64,000 nt of DNA. It comes from Chiloscyllium plagiosum (lineage: Eukaryota). The stretch spans positions 12,902,909 through 12,966,908 of the forward strand of contig NC_057718.1 in assembly GCF_004010195.1 (NCBI RefSeq), read 5' to 3'. Below are positions 24,676 to 38,316 of the stretch, piece after piece. Numbering within the stretch: position 1 is the first letter of the stretch; each line of letters starts with the position of its first letter. The notes beneath the pieces were generated by a model that saw nothing but the letters and a program-made list of their open reading frames with translations, ran no database searches and had not been told where the DNA came from. A program made the translations under genes and the position numbers.

Positions 24676-25724
24676 AATACAGTGTACAGTAACCTGGATG
24701 TGTTTGTTACATTACTGGCAGATCCTGATCTCCACCATATTCTTTGCTTCCATCCCTGCCTCAACCAATTTTTCACGAGGCTCTCATCCAGATTTTGTTA
24801 CCTCCAGACTTTCACTTCCAGCCTTCCACTCTCTGTGACATTCAACTTGTTCAAAACTCCATGACCAATCAACTCATGATCAAGCCAGTTCTCGCTCACT
24901 CATCATTCCTGTCCTTGCTGACTTACAGGGGAGCACTGTTTCCAAATTAATAAGCTCATCCATTTGTTTAAAGCCCTGCATTGCCTTGCCTCTTCCTATC
25001 TCTTTAAATTCTTCAAGCCATACAATCCACACTTTCCAATCCTCTGACTCTGGCTCCCTAGAGCATCTAACCAGTTCTCTCCCGCAACACTGGCTGTTGG
25101 CTTCTGTCACTTAGATTACAATCTGTAGAGTCCTCCCTCTTAACACATCCACCTCCCATTCTCAGCTTAAAAGTGTCAGTAAGATCCTACTTTGGCCAAC
25201 TTTCAGTAAAATGGTGTTAGTGAGAACACATCCAGGTTACTGTATACTGTGTTGGTCAGTTTATTGTAAATGCATTGGAAGTAATTCAGAGAGGATTTAC
25301 CAGACTGATACCTGGAACAGGTGTGTTGTCTTATGAATTGAATTGAATTAGCCTTTATTGTCACGTGCACTGGAGTGAGTGCAGTGAAAAGTTTGTAATG
25401 TTGCCGCTTTGATGTCATCTTAGATACAGGTACCCAGGTACAGAATACTTAAGCATGTGTTACAGACTTGAAAGAATGATAAATAGAAGTTCAGCATTAG
25501 AATAAAGAATCTCCTATTTTAAACGACCTTGAATTTCAGTCTTTTTACCGAGTCCATGCCAGCACCAAGCCTTCAGGCCACGTCTCTAGACTACTGCTGT
25601 TGGTTAGCTACATTGGCTGGGTAGTTGGCTTGCAATGCAGTGTGTCAACAACAGCACGAGTTCAATTTCTGCACAGGCTGAGGTTATCATGAAGGACTCA
25701 CCTTTTCAACCTCACCCCTCTTTG

Positions 25725-26018
25725 CGCGGCATGGTGGCTCAGTGGTTAGCACTGCTGCCTCACAGCATCAGAGTCCAAGGTTCGATTCCAGCCTCGGGCA
25801 ACTGTCTATATGGAGTTTGCACATTCTCCCGTGTATGCTTGGGTTTCCTCCCACAGTCCAAAGATGTGTATGTCAGGTGGATTGGCCATGCTAAATTGCC
25901 CATAGTGTTAGGTGCATTAGTCCGAGGGAGATGGGTCTGGATGGGTTACTCTTCGGAGGATTGGTGTGGACTTGTTGGGCCGAAGGACCTGTTTCCACGC
26001 TGTAGGGAATCTAATCTA
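25725..26018 (+). mobile_element. HE1-like SINE
   Basis: tRNA head and tail ending gaatctaatcta. Confidence 0.8.
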
Positions 26019-28116
26019 CATTGGGCTTCAAATGTTGAGGCCTCGCTTCCAGTCCCCGAAGGCCTCCCCTCTGATCTGGGACTCACCCCTCCACCCCATC
26101 CCGCACTGGCCTGGTCTGGGACTCACTGCCCCTCTCCTCACACTGCCCTGTGCTCCAGCACTCACCGCCCATCCTCTCCTGCCTGGTCCAGGACTCGCCT
26201 CCGGGTCTCACCTTTGGTCTCTTCCATTTTCCTCCAGTTAAGTTTAAATTAAAAGTTTGAAAAAAAGCTTCGGCTGGAGAGTCTTACTCTGCCTCCAAAT
26301 CACGACATTGCCTCTCTTGTAAGGTTTGTATCAGCTGGAGTCTAGAACAGTTAGGAGGCTTGATTGAAAAATATAAGATTCTGAGGGGTTTTGATAGAAT
26401 AGATGTGGAAAGGATGTTTCTTTCTGTGAGAGTATCTAAAACCAAGGGTCACATATTAAAAATAAGGGATCGTCTATTTACAACAGTAATTATGTTTTCT
26501 TACCTCTTAGTCCTGAGTCTCTGGAATTTTCCCTGAAACAGTGATGGAAGCAGAATCTTTGTTTTTCAAAACTAACTTCCATTTGTAAATATTTCATATC
26601 CCACTGCATTCCCTTGATACATCTGTGCATCATCGTTACTCATTGAGACCAGCTTAGTCAGACAATGAACTGTACTGGCACATCTCATTACAGGGGAGTT
26701 AGGGACATTTCCTTTATTTGTGATGAAACAATGTTTTGTTTTGGCATTCACCCAACTGAATGTTCATTTTAATGTTTAGTGTTGTACTTGGCACTCTATG
26801 AGATATGGCTGAACTTACAGATTTAGATGACTGTCCCCTCCATGTCTTGTAGAGAATATTGTCCAACATTACTCCCAGTGGAGTATTTGAAATATTGCAG
26901 TCTTTGGCAGGATTCTGCCAACTGACACTTTGAGATGGACTTACATGTGGACAACACAAAGTGTCCTTCAGGCACGCATATTCTCTGACCATGACTGACT
27001 GTCCCCAGAATCCTATTCCCACCACATCTGGCCCTACCCAAGTTTTCTTCTCCTCAGCCTGTGCTCAACTCCACCATCCCCTTCCAGCTGAATCACCCTT
27101 GTGGAACTGAGCCTCCAAGAATGAGCACGTTCACATGTTCCTCTCCCTTCTGCCATACAATTAAACAAACATGCTGACGTGATCTCAACAGTAGGACTTT
27201 CAAGAAAATTGTTTCAAGTGAATGAACATTTGCCAAAACAACTATATTGTAAGTCTAAACAGCCACGGGATGGCATAATGCTTGAATTGCCAGTGACTTA
27301 CCTCTATTTCTCACCCAGCCATCGGGAAATTGAAATTTAATTGAAATCCTGTTCCACTAAGTTATCCTCAGATCATGATTCCCTCCAGTGAGTGGTATAA
27401 GTATGGATATGACTGATGTTATGAAATTACCCCATCCCTTACTCACTAGATTATACTTTTTATTGTCTGGATGATAAACTTTAATATGAGGGCCTTTGTT
27501 GCAGCCTCCATATCTCTGAACCAGGCCTGCGTTCAAGTCCCACCTGCTCCAGTGGTATGCCATAACATCACTGAACCAGCTGATTAGAAAATATCTCAAT
27601 TCTAATGCAGCGGACAATAATGACATTTGACTTTGGCAATTGATTAGTTGCTCCCAGTCTGATCAAAGCAAATGAGAATTCTTAATATTTTTTAACCAAT
27701 TTACAATTGTACACAAGACTTTTCAAAAACTTTCCATGCATAAACATATAGAATAGTAGAGCGCAGTACAGGCTCTTCGGTCCTCGATGTTGTGCCGACT
27801 TGTCATACCAATCTGAAGCCCATCTAACATACACTATTCCATGTGCTTGTCCAATGACGACTTAAATGTACTTAAAGTTGGTGAATCTACTACCGTTGCA
27901 GGCAAAGCATTCCACACCCTTTCTACTCTCTGAGTAAAGATATGTAGCTTTATACCTTAGAATCAAGACTTTTGAAAGTATGAAATGACAAAGAATAGAA
28001 AACTAGAGTTTGAATTTCAATTGATATATGCAAGCTGCCTTCATTTCAAAATCTAAAATTTTGATGGTTATTAATTTATTATATGCCAGTCAGAATGGTA
28101 ATCTATGAAGATTAAA

Positions 28117-28565
28117 GTTTGGGAGAAGATTTGTGGCTTGGGTGCTGGTTGTTGTGGTTCTGTTCGGCAAACTGGGAATTTGTGTTGCAGACGTTTCATC
28201 CCCTGTCTAGATGACATCCTCAGTGCTTGGGAGCCTCCTGTGGAGTGCTTCTGTGGTGTTTCCTTCGGCATTTATAGTGGTTTGTCTCTGCCGCTTCCGG
28301 TTGTCAGTTCCAGCTGTCTGCTGCAGTGGCCGGTATTTTGGGTCCAGGTCGATGTGCTTATTGACTGAATCTGTGGATGAGTGCCGTGCCTCTAAGAATT
28401 CCCTGGCTGTTCTCTGTTTGGCTTGTCCTATAATAGTAGCGTTGTCCCACTACAAACATCACAGAAGCGCTTCACAGGAGGCTCCCAAGCACTGAGGATG
28501 TCATCTAGACAGGGGACGAAACGTCTGCAACACAAAATCCCAGCTTGCTGAACAGAACCACAACA
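28117..28565. mobile_element. Fold-back PLE (third family) with hammerhead and 12-bp TSD atgaagattaaa
   Basis: Arms at about 28150-28260 and 28457-28565 are inverted. TSD at 28105-28116 and 28566-28577. Confidence 0.8.
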
Positions 28566-29129
28566 ATGAAGATTAAAAGTAAGCATTGCATTTATATGCT
28601 TTTCACAACCTTGGGATGTATCAAAGCACTTTACAGGCAATGAACCACTTCCAAAGTGTTGCCATTGTTCACATTGTTGGACACTCAGCAGCTACTCTGT
28701 GTACAGCAAGCAGCCACTATGTGGTAGTGAAGTGTCTTTACCATTGGCCTCAGATGAAGGTCAGATGAAGCCAGGATTTGACTTCAGTGTGTTTCAACCA
28801 CATTGTGAAACACTGGCATCTCAACTGTTCATCTCTTTTAATTATATTCAAAACCAGCAATTAAATATAAGCCAATATTTCCCTGAATTTTCAAATACTT
28901 TTTTTTATTTCAAACATATACTTTATTCATAAAATATTTTGATGGTCTGTACAGTTAGTCATGCCATACATACGTAAACATTCCATTTCTTTGCATACAG
29001 AGATCAGAATTTATCATTTGTATATACAGGTCTATACGTTTATCAATCATACATCCATATATTTAGCTGAGGCATCAGCAGAGCCCAAATGACTGCATGA
29101 GCCCCCTGTTATTCTTTGGCAGGCAGACA

Positions 29130-32100
29130 TTACACGGTGGTCTTTCCCCACCGTGCCTTGGCGGCAGCTGCCCCAAGCTTCAGCGTGTCCCTCAAGACGT
29201 AGTCCTGGACCTTGGAATGTGCCAGTCTGCAACACTCAGTCGGGGTTAACTCCTTCAGCTGGAAGATCAACAGGTTTCGGACCGCCCCAGAGAGTGTCCT
29301 TCACCGAGTTGATGATCCTCCAGGTACAGTTGATGTTTGTCTTGGTGTGCGTCCCGGGGAACAGACCGTAGAGCACGGAGTCGCGCGTCATGGCGCTGCT
29401 CAGGACGAACCTCGACAAACACCACTCCATTCCTCTCCAGTCTTCCTTTGCATAGGCACATTCCAGAAGGAGGTGTGTGACAGTCTCGTCCCCCCCCCGC
29501 AGCCGCTTTGAGGGCAGCGTGTGGTGCGGCAGAGTCTGGGCGTGCATAAAGGATCTCACAGGCAGAGCCTTTCTCACCACCAGCCAAGCCATGTCTTGGA
29601 ACTTGTTGGAAAGTTCTGGCGATGAGGCATTCTGCCAAATGACTTTGACAGTCTGCTCAGGGAACCGCTCGATAGGATCCGCCCTCTCCTTTTCCCGAAG
29701 GGTCTCAAGGACACTACGTGCTGACCACTTCCTGATGGACTTGTGGTCAAAGGTGTTTTTCTTCATACATTTCTCCACGAAGGACAGGTGATACAGAACG
29801 GTCCAACTACTTGGAGCGTTCCGCAGCAATGAGGCCAGGCCCATCCTTCGCAACACCGGGGACAGGTAGAACCTCAGTATGTAGTGACACTTGGTTTTTG
29901 CATACTGGGGATCCACGCACAGCTTGATGCAGCCACATACAAAGGTGGCCATCAGGGTGAGGGTGGCATTAGGTGTATTTTTAACCCTGTTGCCCAGATC
30001 TTTATACATAGAGTCCCTTCGGACCCGGTCCATCTTTGACCTCCATATAAATTGGAAGATGGCCTGGGTGACTGCAGCGGCACAGGTTCTGGGAATAGGC
30101 CGGACCTGTGCCATATATAACACTGACAGTGCCTCACACCTGATGACCAGGTTTTTTCCTGTGATGGAGAGTGACCGTAGCTTCCATCTGCCCAGTTTCT
30201 GCCTCACTTTGCTGATACCCTCCTCCCAAGACTTGGCGAACGCCCCAGCCCCCCTGAACCAATACCCAGCACATTCAGGTGGTCGGTCCTGACGGTGAAG
30301 GGAATCGAGGATTGGTTGGCCCAGTTCCCGAAGAGCATGGACTCGCTCTTGCCTCGGTTTACCTTGGCCCCTGAGGCCCGTTCGAACTGGTCACATATGC
30401 ACATGAATCTGTGCACGGACAGTAGATCCGAGCAGAAAACGGCGACGTCATCCATGTACAGGGAGGCCTTAACCTGCAGGCCCCCGCTGCCAGGAATAGT
30501 CACCCCTCTCAGGCTCGCATCCTTCCTGATGGACTCGGCAAATGGCTCTATGCAGCACACAAACACTGCAGGAGAGAGAGGGCAGCCCTGCCTGACTCCA
30601 GATCTGACTGGGAAGCTATCTGATTCCCACCCATTGATGGAGACTGGACTGACAATGTTGGTGTAGAGCAGTCTGATCCAATTGCAGATTCCCTCCCCAA
30701 AGCCCATTTTGGAGAGAACATCTCTCATATATGTGTCTGATACCCTGTCAAAGGCTTTCTCCTGGTCCAGGCTGATAAGGCACGTGTCCAACCCTCTGTC
30801 CTGCACGTAGGCGATCATATCCCTGAGGAGTGCGAGACTCTCAGCAATCTTCCTGCCCAGTACAGCACAGGTTTGGTCAGGGTGAATCACCGACCCCAGA
30901 GCAGACCTGACCCGGTTGGCGATTACCTTTGACAACATTTTGTAATCTGCATTCAATAGCGAGATTGGGTCTCCAATTTCTGAGTTCCTCCCTCTCCCCC
31001 TTCCACTTGTAGATGAGGGTGATGATGCCTTTCCTCATGGATTCACTCATGCTACCTGCCAGAAGCATACTGACATATACCTCCAGCAGGTCCTGGCCAA
31101 TCAAGTCCCACAGAGCAGAATCGAGCTCGACCGGTAAGCCGTCACTTCCGGGAGTTTTGTTCTTTTCGAAGGACTCGAGGGCCTTGGTCAGCTCATCCAG
31201 AGATAGCGGCTGGTCCAGCCTCCCGTCTAAGACCTCCGTGATAGAGGACAGGAACAACTGAGAGACTGCGCTGTCGGTAGGCTTCGAGTCATACAGACTG
31301 GCACAGAAGGATTTGCTAGTCCTCATCACGTCAGCCTGAGATGATGTTATCGAGCCATCTTCTTCCTTCAGGCTGCTGAGCACGGACCTGTCTTTGTGCA
31401 TCTTCTGGAAGAAGAAACGTGAGCATGTCTCATCCTGCTCCACCGAGCAGACCCTGGACCAGAAGATTATCTTGGAGGCCTCCGAGGCAAAGAGCGAGGC
31501 TTGCTGGCCCTTCACCTCCTTGAGGTCCTCTGTGACATCGACCCCCATCGTCTACAGCAGGAGCAGGTTCTGCATACTTTCCTGGAGCTGGGACAGTTTT
31601 CCCTGCCTCTCTCTCGCCTCCTGAACACCTTTGAGGATGAAGAACCTCTTGATGTTCCCTTTTACTGTTTCCCACCAGTCCGCTGGAGAGTCAAACAGGG
31701 GCTTCACGGTTCTCCAACCTGCGTAGTCCCTCTTGAGCTCCCCAATGTTTTCCGGGGTCAACAGCTTTGTGTTCAGCTTCCACTTTCCCTTACCAGCCTG
31801 CTCGTCCTGTAGGTGACAGTCGGCCAGCAGGAGGCAGTGGTCAGAGAAGAACACCGGCTTGACGTCGGTGGCTCTGACCGAGAGCATTCGGGACACAAAC
31901 AGGTAATCTATCCTAGAGTGGATAGACCCGTCTGCCCGTGACCAGGTGTATCTACGCTGCGCTCCATCTGCAGGGGTGCTGAAGACGTCGTGCAGCTTGG
32001 CATCTTTTACCGTGTCCATCAGGGCTCTGGACATGGCGTCCAGTTTACTGTCACCCCTGACGGATCGTCCATCTGCATCGATGATACAGTTGAAGTCTCC

Positions 32101-32520
32101 GGCCAGAATGACTGGCCTGGACGTAGCCAGCAACGGTGGAAGCTGCTGCAGGACTGCCAACCGTTCACTCTTACCCACTGGGGCATACACATTAATCAGT
32201 CTCAGGGGAGCATTACTGTATATGATGTCGGTGACGAGAGGGCACCTGCCCAACATCTCATTAACCTCGGAGATGGTGAAGTTACCTCCTCGCAACAGGA
32301 TACCTAGGCCGGAGGCACGGCTATCATTGCCGCCCGACCAAACTGTTGGCCCATGGGCCCACAAGCTCGACCATCACCTGTAGCTACTGAGGTGCGGTAT
32401 CCCACACTCCTGCGGAAACAGGACGTCGGCTTTAACGTTGGCCAGGAAGGCCATCATAGAAACGCATTACGTAGCCGATTTGATGCTACGCACATTGATG
32501 CTGGCAATTTTTATCCCCAT
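29130..32520 (-). pseudogene. Tx1 ORF2 (APE endonuclease + reverse transcriptase), disrupted by stops and frameshifts
   Basis: Starts MGIKIASINVRSIK. Contains GDFNC, RIDYLF and SDHC (APE), DQEKAFDRV, GVRQGCPLSP and YMDDV (RT), and ETVTHLLLEC. Ends WGKTTV* at 29130. Confidence 0.9.
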
Positions 32521-32521
32521 T

Positions 32522-33833
32522 TTAACAGTTTACGAGGTTACCAGTGTCCATTTGCTGCTGGTCTTGCCTCTCTAGGGTAGCTGTGTGCATCCCCGTGGTG
32601 ACGGCAAATTTCTGGACCCTCCCAGGGCTGCGGTAGCTGTCCGGCTCCACGCTGGGGCCATTTCCCTGCTCTGGTGTCTTCGGGTCGGGCCCAGGGTCTG
32701 CACAGTCCAGTTCTCTGTCTGACAGCAGAGCTGTCACAGGACCGCTGCTCCCAGGTACCTGGAGCTGTGGGGCAGTGGGTACCTCATGGTTCTCACCAGT
32801 TGGGGGGGAGGTCTTTACCCATCCCCTCAGAGAGATTGTCTTTTCCTGCTGCCCTCCCTTTTCTCTGCGGCACTCGTCTCTTCCTCTGGTGACGTCCCTC
32901 CTTGCGCCCATCCTCACCATCGGAAGAGCTGCCTGTATCCTTGTCGTGTAGGTATCGCTTCCCGCTTTGCTGGGTGGCTTTGGTGGCCTGGTGAGGTTTC
33001 CTCTTCCTGCTTTTGACAGTAATCCAATCCTCTCCCTTCTTTGTTCCCTCCTCTTCCATTTCCTCCGTCTGTCTTGAAGGAGCTTGGATCGGCTGCTGCA
33101 CCTCCCCGATGGCTGCCGTCTGCTCCGCTCCAGCCTGTCCTTCCTTCTGGGTGCCACCAGACACCATTCCCGTGCTGGTTTGTGGTACCTTGCTGGTCTT
33201 AGGCGGTCCACGGCTCGTGTTGCCATCTGTGCATAGGTGGCAGCCCCTCGTCTTGGGCAGGCCTTGTACATGTGGCCCGCCTCTCCGCATAGTTTACAGT
33301 TCTTGGCCTCTTTACATTCCTTGATCGGGTGACCTTCCTGCTTGCAGTTTCGACAGACGGTCACCTTACAATCTGCCGCCATGTGGCCTGACCTCCCGCA
33401 GGTTCGGCACACTTTCGGCTGCCCTGCGTATGTCAGGTAACCTCTGCTTCCTCTGATTGCGAAGCTGGAGGGTGGGTGGAGGATGTTCCCACAGGCATTG
33501 ACCCTCAGGGTTACCCTGACCTGCCGCTTGCTGGTCCAGATCCCGAAAGGATTGACCCCATCGGTGCTTTCTCCCTTGACCTGGACGTATCTTCTCAGGA
33601 AGGTCAGGACATCCGCTGCTGGGACATTGGTCTTGTACATATGGATTGCAACGACCCGACTCCTCTGCGCAGGAAGCAAACACAACGGGACCGCCGACAA
33701 GATGGAGAACAAAGGTTCCCCTTCCTTCTCCTTGAAGACCTTTGCAATTCTTCACGCTCCTGAAGGTCACGTCAAAATAGCCTGCCCCAGGGAAATCCTG
33801 CAGGCAGTACACGTCCGCTGCATCGAACCCACA
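32522..33833 (-). pseudogene. Tx1 ORF1 (gag-like, zinc knuckles CRTCGRSGHMAADC / CRNCKQEGHPIKEC / CKLCGEAGHMYKAC), frameshifted and 5'-truncated
   Basis: ORFs 32522..33712, 33366..33878 and 32793..33290 are pieces in different frames. Confidence 0.85.
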
Positions 33834-34539
33834 TACAGCAGAGAAGATTGCTTGTTTTGTTGTGTTAATCTTTGGCACAGCTCATTAGATAAGACCTTTG
33901 CAATTCTTCACGCTCCTGAAGGTCACGTCAAAATAGCCTGCCCCAGGGAAATCCTGCAGGCAGTACACGTCCGCTGCATCGAACCCACATACAGAGAAGA
34001 TTGCTTGTTTTGTTGTGTTAATCTTTGGCACAGCTCATTAGATAACACTTTTTCCAATATTGACACAATAGCTTTACAGTCAGTTAAACGCTGCAGGGTG
34101 TGATACATCTCCAGCATCAAAATCGTTGGTTACTTGTTTGGATTTTTGTCTTGGGCAATAATTTAAGTCCTTCTTTTAAAGTATGTTTTTAACTAGAATA
34201 AAAAAGGTTCAAAAGTGACCATCACAAGAGCTTCAAAATTATGAAGAAATTTGAGAGGGTAGAACTAGAGAAGTTGGTTTCACTTTATGAAGGAAGGCCG
34301 AACCAGGGGTCATGCATATGGTGTATGGTAATCACTCATAAATCTAATAGGAGAATCAGGGGAAATTTTGCTTGATTTTCACTCCCACAATGAATAGCTA
34401 AAGTTAAAGCAAAGTTAGGCAAGCACAGGATGGAGAAAATAATTGAAGGATGTGTTTGAAGAGAAAGATGACCATTTGATGTATAAATGTACACAAGTTG
34501 GATAGATTGTAAGAGTATTTCCTGTTTTGGGTGTATGTA

Positions 34540-35660
34540 GAACTTAGAACGTAGAACAATACAGCGGAGAACAGGCCCTTCGGCCCTTGATGTTGCGCCG
34601 ACCTGTGAACTATTCTCAGCTCGTCCCCCTACACTATCCCAAAATCATCCATGTGCTTATCTAAGGATTGTTTAAATCTCCCAATGTGGCTGAGTTGATT
34701 ACATTAGCAGGTAGGACATTCCACGCCCTAACCACTCTCTGCATAAAGAATCTGCCTCTGACATCTGTCTTAAATCTATCACCCCTCAATTTGTAGTTAT
34801 GCCCCCTCGTATAACTGACGTCATCATCCTAGAAAAAAAACTTTCACTGTCTAATCCTCTGACCATCTTGTATGTCTCTATCAAATCTCCTCATAGCCTT
34901 CTTCTTTCCAATGAGAACAGACCCAAGTCTCTCAGCATTTACTCATAAGACCTTCCCTCCAGACCAGGCAACATCCTGGTAAATCTCCTCTGCATCTTTT
35001 CCAATGCTTCCATATCCTTCTCGAAATATGGGGAACAGAACTGTACACAATATTCCAAGTGTGGCTGCAGCATTGTATAGTCGCAGCATTATATTGCGGC
35101 TCCGGAACTCACTCCCTCTACCAATGAAACCTAACACACCGTATGCCTCCTTAACAGCACTATCCACCTGGGTGGCAACTTTCAGGGATCTATGTACATA
35201 GACTCCAAGATCCCTCTGCACATCCACACTACCAAGAATCTTTCCATTGATCCATTACTCTGCCTTCCTGTTATTCTTCCCAAAGTGCATCACCTCACGT
35301 TTAGCTGCATTGAACTCCATTTGCCACCTCTCAGCTCAATTCTGCAGTTTATCCAAGACCCCCTGCAACCTGTAACATTCTTTCAAACTGACCACTACTC
35401 TGACTTTAGTGTCATCTGCAAATTTACTAATCCATCCGCCTATGCCTGCATCTAAGTCATTTATAAAAATGACAAACAGCAGTGGTCCCAAAACAGATCC
35501 TTGTGGCACACCTTGTGTAACCGGAGTCCAGGCTGAATATTTTCCATCAATCACCACTCGCTGCTTTCTTTCAGAAAGCCAGTTTCTAATCCAAGCTGCT
35601 AAATCACCCTCATTTCCATGCCTCTGCATTTTTTTCCATCAGTCTACCATATGGAACCTT
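34540..35660 (-). mobile_element. CR1 LINE 3' fragment
   Basis: ORFs GVPQGSVLGPLLFVIFINDLD...SKFADDTK and QRDLGVYVHRSLK. (TTCTA)-like tail near 34540. Confidence 0.85.
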
Positions 35661-36429
35661 TAAACTTGGGGCCCCAGTTTAAAAATAAGGGGCCTCAATT
35701 TAGGAAGATGAGGAGGAATTTGTTCTCTGAGAAGGTCTTTATCCTTTGTAAGTCTCTATCTCAAGGAACAAGACTTTCGGAATATATTCAAGGCTGAGTT
35801 AAGACAGATTTTTCAACTACAACAGTCAAGGGCTATGGAGGATAGGCAGGAAAGTGGAATTAAGTCCGCAATCAGATCAGGCATGGTCTTATTGAAAGGT
35901 GGAGCAGACTGGATGAGATGAACGATCTTCTTCTGCTTCTAATTTGTATGTTGGACATTGTCACTGAGACTAAGCTTGAAGGTTTATTCACGTGTAGCGG
36001 TCAGCAACAGGGAACCCAAGAAATGTTCTGTTCCCCTGTCTGAGCTGTTCAATTCCATTTCTCCCTCGTAAATAACCTCACTTAAACACCTTTTGGTAAA
36101 ATTCGAAGTGAAAGCTGTTCCAATTGTTTGCATATGATGGATTTGCACCCATTTTGAAAAAAAATCATTTAATAGAGCAATTTTTTTTTTAAAATGACTT
36201 GAGTATTCAATGCTTCCCTGCTGTATTTGTTACACTATCCATATCTTGTAGCATACAGGCAATACCCATTATTTTCTATTAAGCTCAATAAATTTGCCCC
36301 CTCTAGAGTTGCCATTGCTAATTGCAGTTTTGATACAAGTGTGTCACGAGGCTGTTTCAGAGGGCAGTTAAGAGTCAAACTCATAGTCGTTAGATCTGAA
36401 CACACAAGTGGATCAGTCTGGGAAGGTTT

Positions 36430-36920
36430 AGAACATTGAACATAGAATGTTATAGAGCATTACAGACCTTTCGGCCTTCGATGCTGCGCCAACCTGTGAA
36501 AATAATGATGCCCACCTAACCTACACCATTCCACCATTATCCATGTGTACGTCCAATGCCCATTTAAATGGTCTTAACGTCAGCGAGTCTACTACTGTTG
36601 CAGGTAGGCCGTTCCATGCCTCTACTACTCTGAGTGAAGAAACAATCCCTAATATCTGTCCTAAGTCTGTCACCCCTCAATTTAAAGCTACGTACCCTCA
36701 TGTTAGTCTGCACCATCCCAAGAAAAAGGCTTTCACTGTCCACCCTATCTAACCCTGATTATCTTATACGTCTTGATTAAGTCATCTCTCAACGTTCTTC
36801 TCTCCATGAAAACACCCTCAGTTCCCTCAGCCTTTCCTCGTAAAACTTTCCCTCCAAACCATGCAACATCCTAGTAAATCTCCTCTGAACCATTTCCAAA
36901 GCTTTCACATCCTTTCTATA
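36430..36920 (-). mobile_element. CR1 3' fragment
   Basis: ORF piece YRKDVKALEMVQRRFTRML. Confidence 0.7.
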
Positions 36921-37560
36921 AACCCACTTCACACCACCATCTTCACATATCTCGACTTGGAATGATATCCCCATTCTTATGATCATTGGCTCAAAAACAT
37001 GGATCAGCTTCCCCACATAGCCCCGTATTTGGACCACAATGCAACAGCTACGACCTGTTTTCTCACAACCAATTTAGAATGGCCAGCAAATGTTGCCCTT
37101 GCCAGTGGCTCTTATACCCTTGGACTGAATCAAAAAAAAAATCCATAGAAAGGGCATTGCAGAAACAGGTTTGTCAGTCACAGGACTGTTTACGCTCCAG
37201 TTAAACTCCCTCTAGCTCTCCGCTAACTCAAACTAACCTAGTTCTTTCACCCTCTCACGATTATCCATCTTTCATTCAACCATGTATTATCTTCCTCATG
37301 GAAGACACTTCCACATTCTCAGCATTCTATGGGTAAAGGAGTTTAATTGTAAGTCACCAGCTGACCTTGGATAGCTACCAGAGGTTAGCTTGTAAAAGTA
37401 TAATTCATACCTTAACACGGAGGAAATGCCCTCAGGACAGGAATTTGGCTAAGAACAAACTGTTGTCTGGAAACACTGAGCATTCCACACTCAAACGCAA
37501 CACATTATTACAACCTGCCTCAGAGTATAATTTTGCCTATAAATTCAAAACAGAAACATG

Positions 37561-37571
37561 TTTAATTTATT
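37561..37571 (-). terminator. PSMB1 polyadenylation signal (AATAAA overlapping ATTAAA)
   Basis: Plus-strand tttaatttatt reads AATAAATTAAA on the minus strand, about 130 nt after the stop. Confidence 0.7.
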
Positions 37572-37702
37572 GGCGAATGTTTAGTTCAGTATCTTACAAT
37601 AAAACATACAAAAACCATTTTCCATCAGGTTCATTACTGGCATGAAAGGAAAAGTAACTATGTTAAGTCAAAGATTGTTCTGAATAGAAAGGGTTTTGTG
37701 TC

Positions 37703-37888
37703 TTAATCTTTCCGCAGAGGCAATGTTTCCTCTTTGATTCCATCTTTTGTAATGATGCAAATCTTCAGAGCGTCACCGGTATAAACATCTCTCTCAGCTG
37801 CAGAGATGAAAACATCTTTTACCAGCTGTAGTGCTTTCTCCAGTGAGAGGGGGATGGGTTCCACATTCTCCATGTTCTTGAACCCAAT
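37703..37888 (-). CDS. PSMB1: PSMB1 last coding exon ([61 protein letters not shown])
   Basis: Manual translation. ctAG acceptor, TAA stop at 37705-37703. 186 nt. The six exons sum to 708 nt with an intact frame. Confidence 0.97.
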   Translation of the reverse strand: MGFKNMENVEPIPLSLEKALQLVKDVFISAAERDVYTGDALKICIITKDGIKEETLPLRKD

Positions 37889-38151
37889 CTAGCAAAGAAG
37901 ACACAACCAGATTAAAGGTTTCTATTTATAAATCTTCACCGCATTTAGCTGATAATTGATTTATACTTTTATTGTTATTTAAATAGAAAATAACAGACAA
38001 ATAGTGCCTTAAGTTTGAGTTGTTTCATTAGTGACTGGTAAAATAAAAGAGTGCTGTGATTCATATCCCCATCAAGTAAATCTCCACACTACGATAGGAG
38101 TCCGGCTCTGACATAGCCCTGCGTAAATTCTACTTGCTGCATAGTTTGTTA

Positions 38152-38316
<165 letters not shown>

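Larger units (their letters stand above)
28899..33835 (-). mobile_element. Tx1-clade (L1 group) non-LTR retrotransposon, 5'-truncated and decayed
   Basis: ORF1 has three CCHC knuckles. ORF2 has APE, RT and a C-terminal Cys motif. The 3' UTR ends ATGAATAAAGTATATGTTTGAAATAAAAAAAA. GC-rich relative to the flanks. Confidence 0.92.

Noticed and set aside
25635..26252. 205-aa ORF
   Set aside because: Reads through SINE and low-complexity sequence and has no domain motifs.
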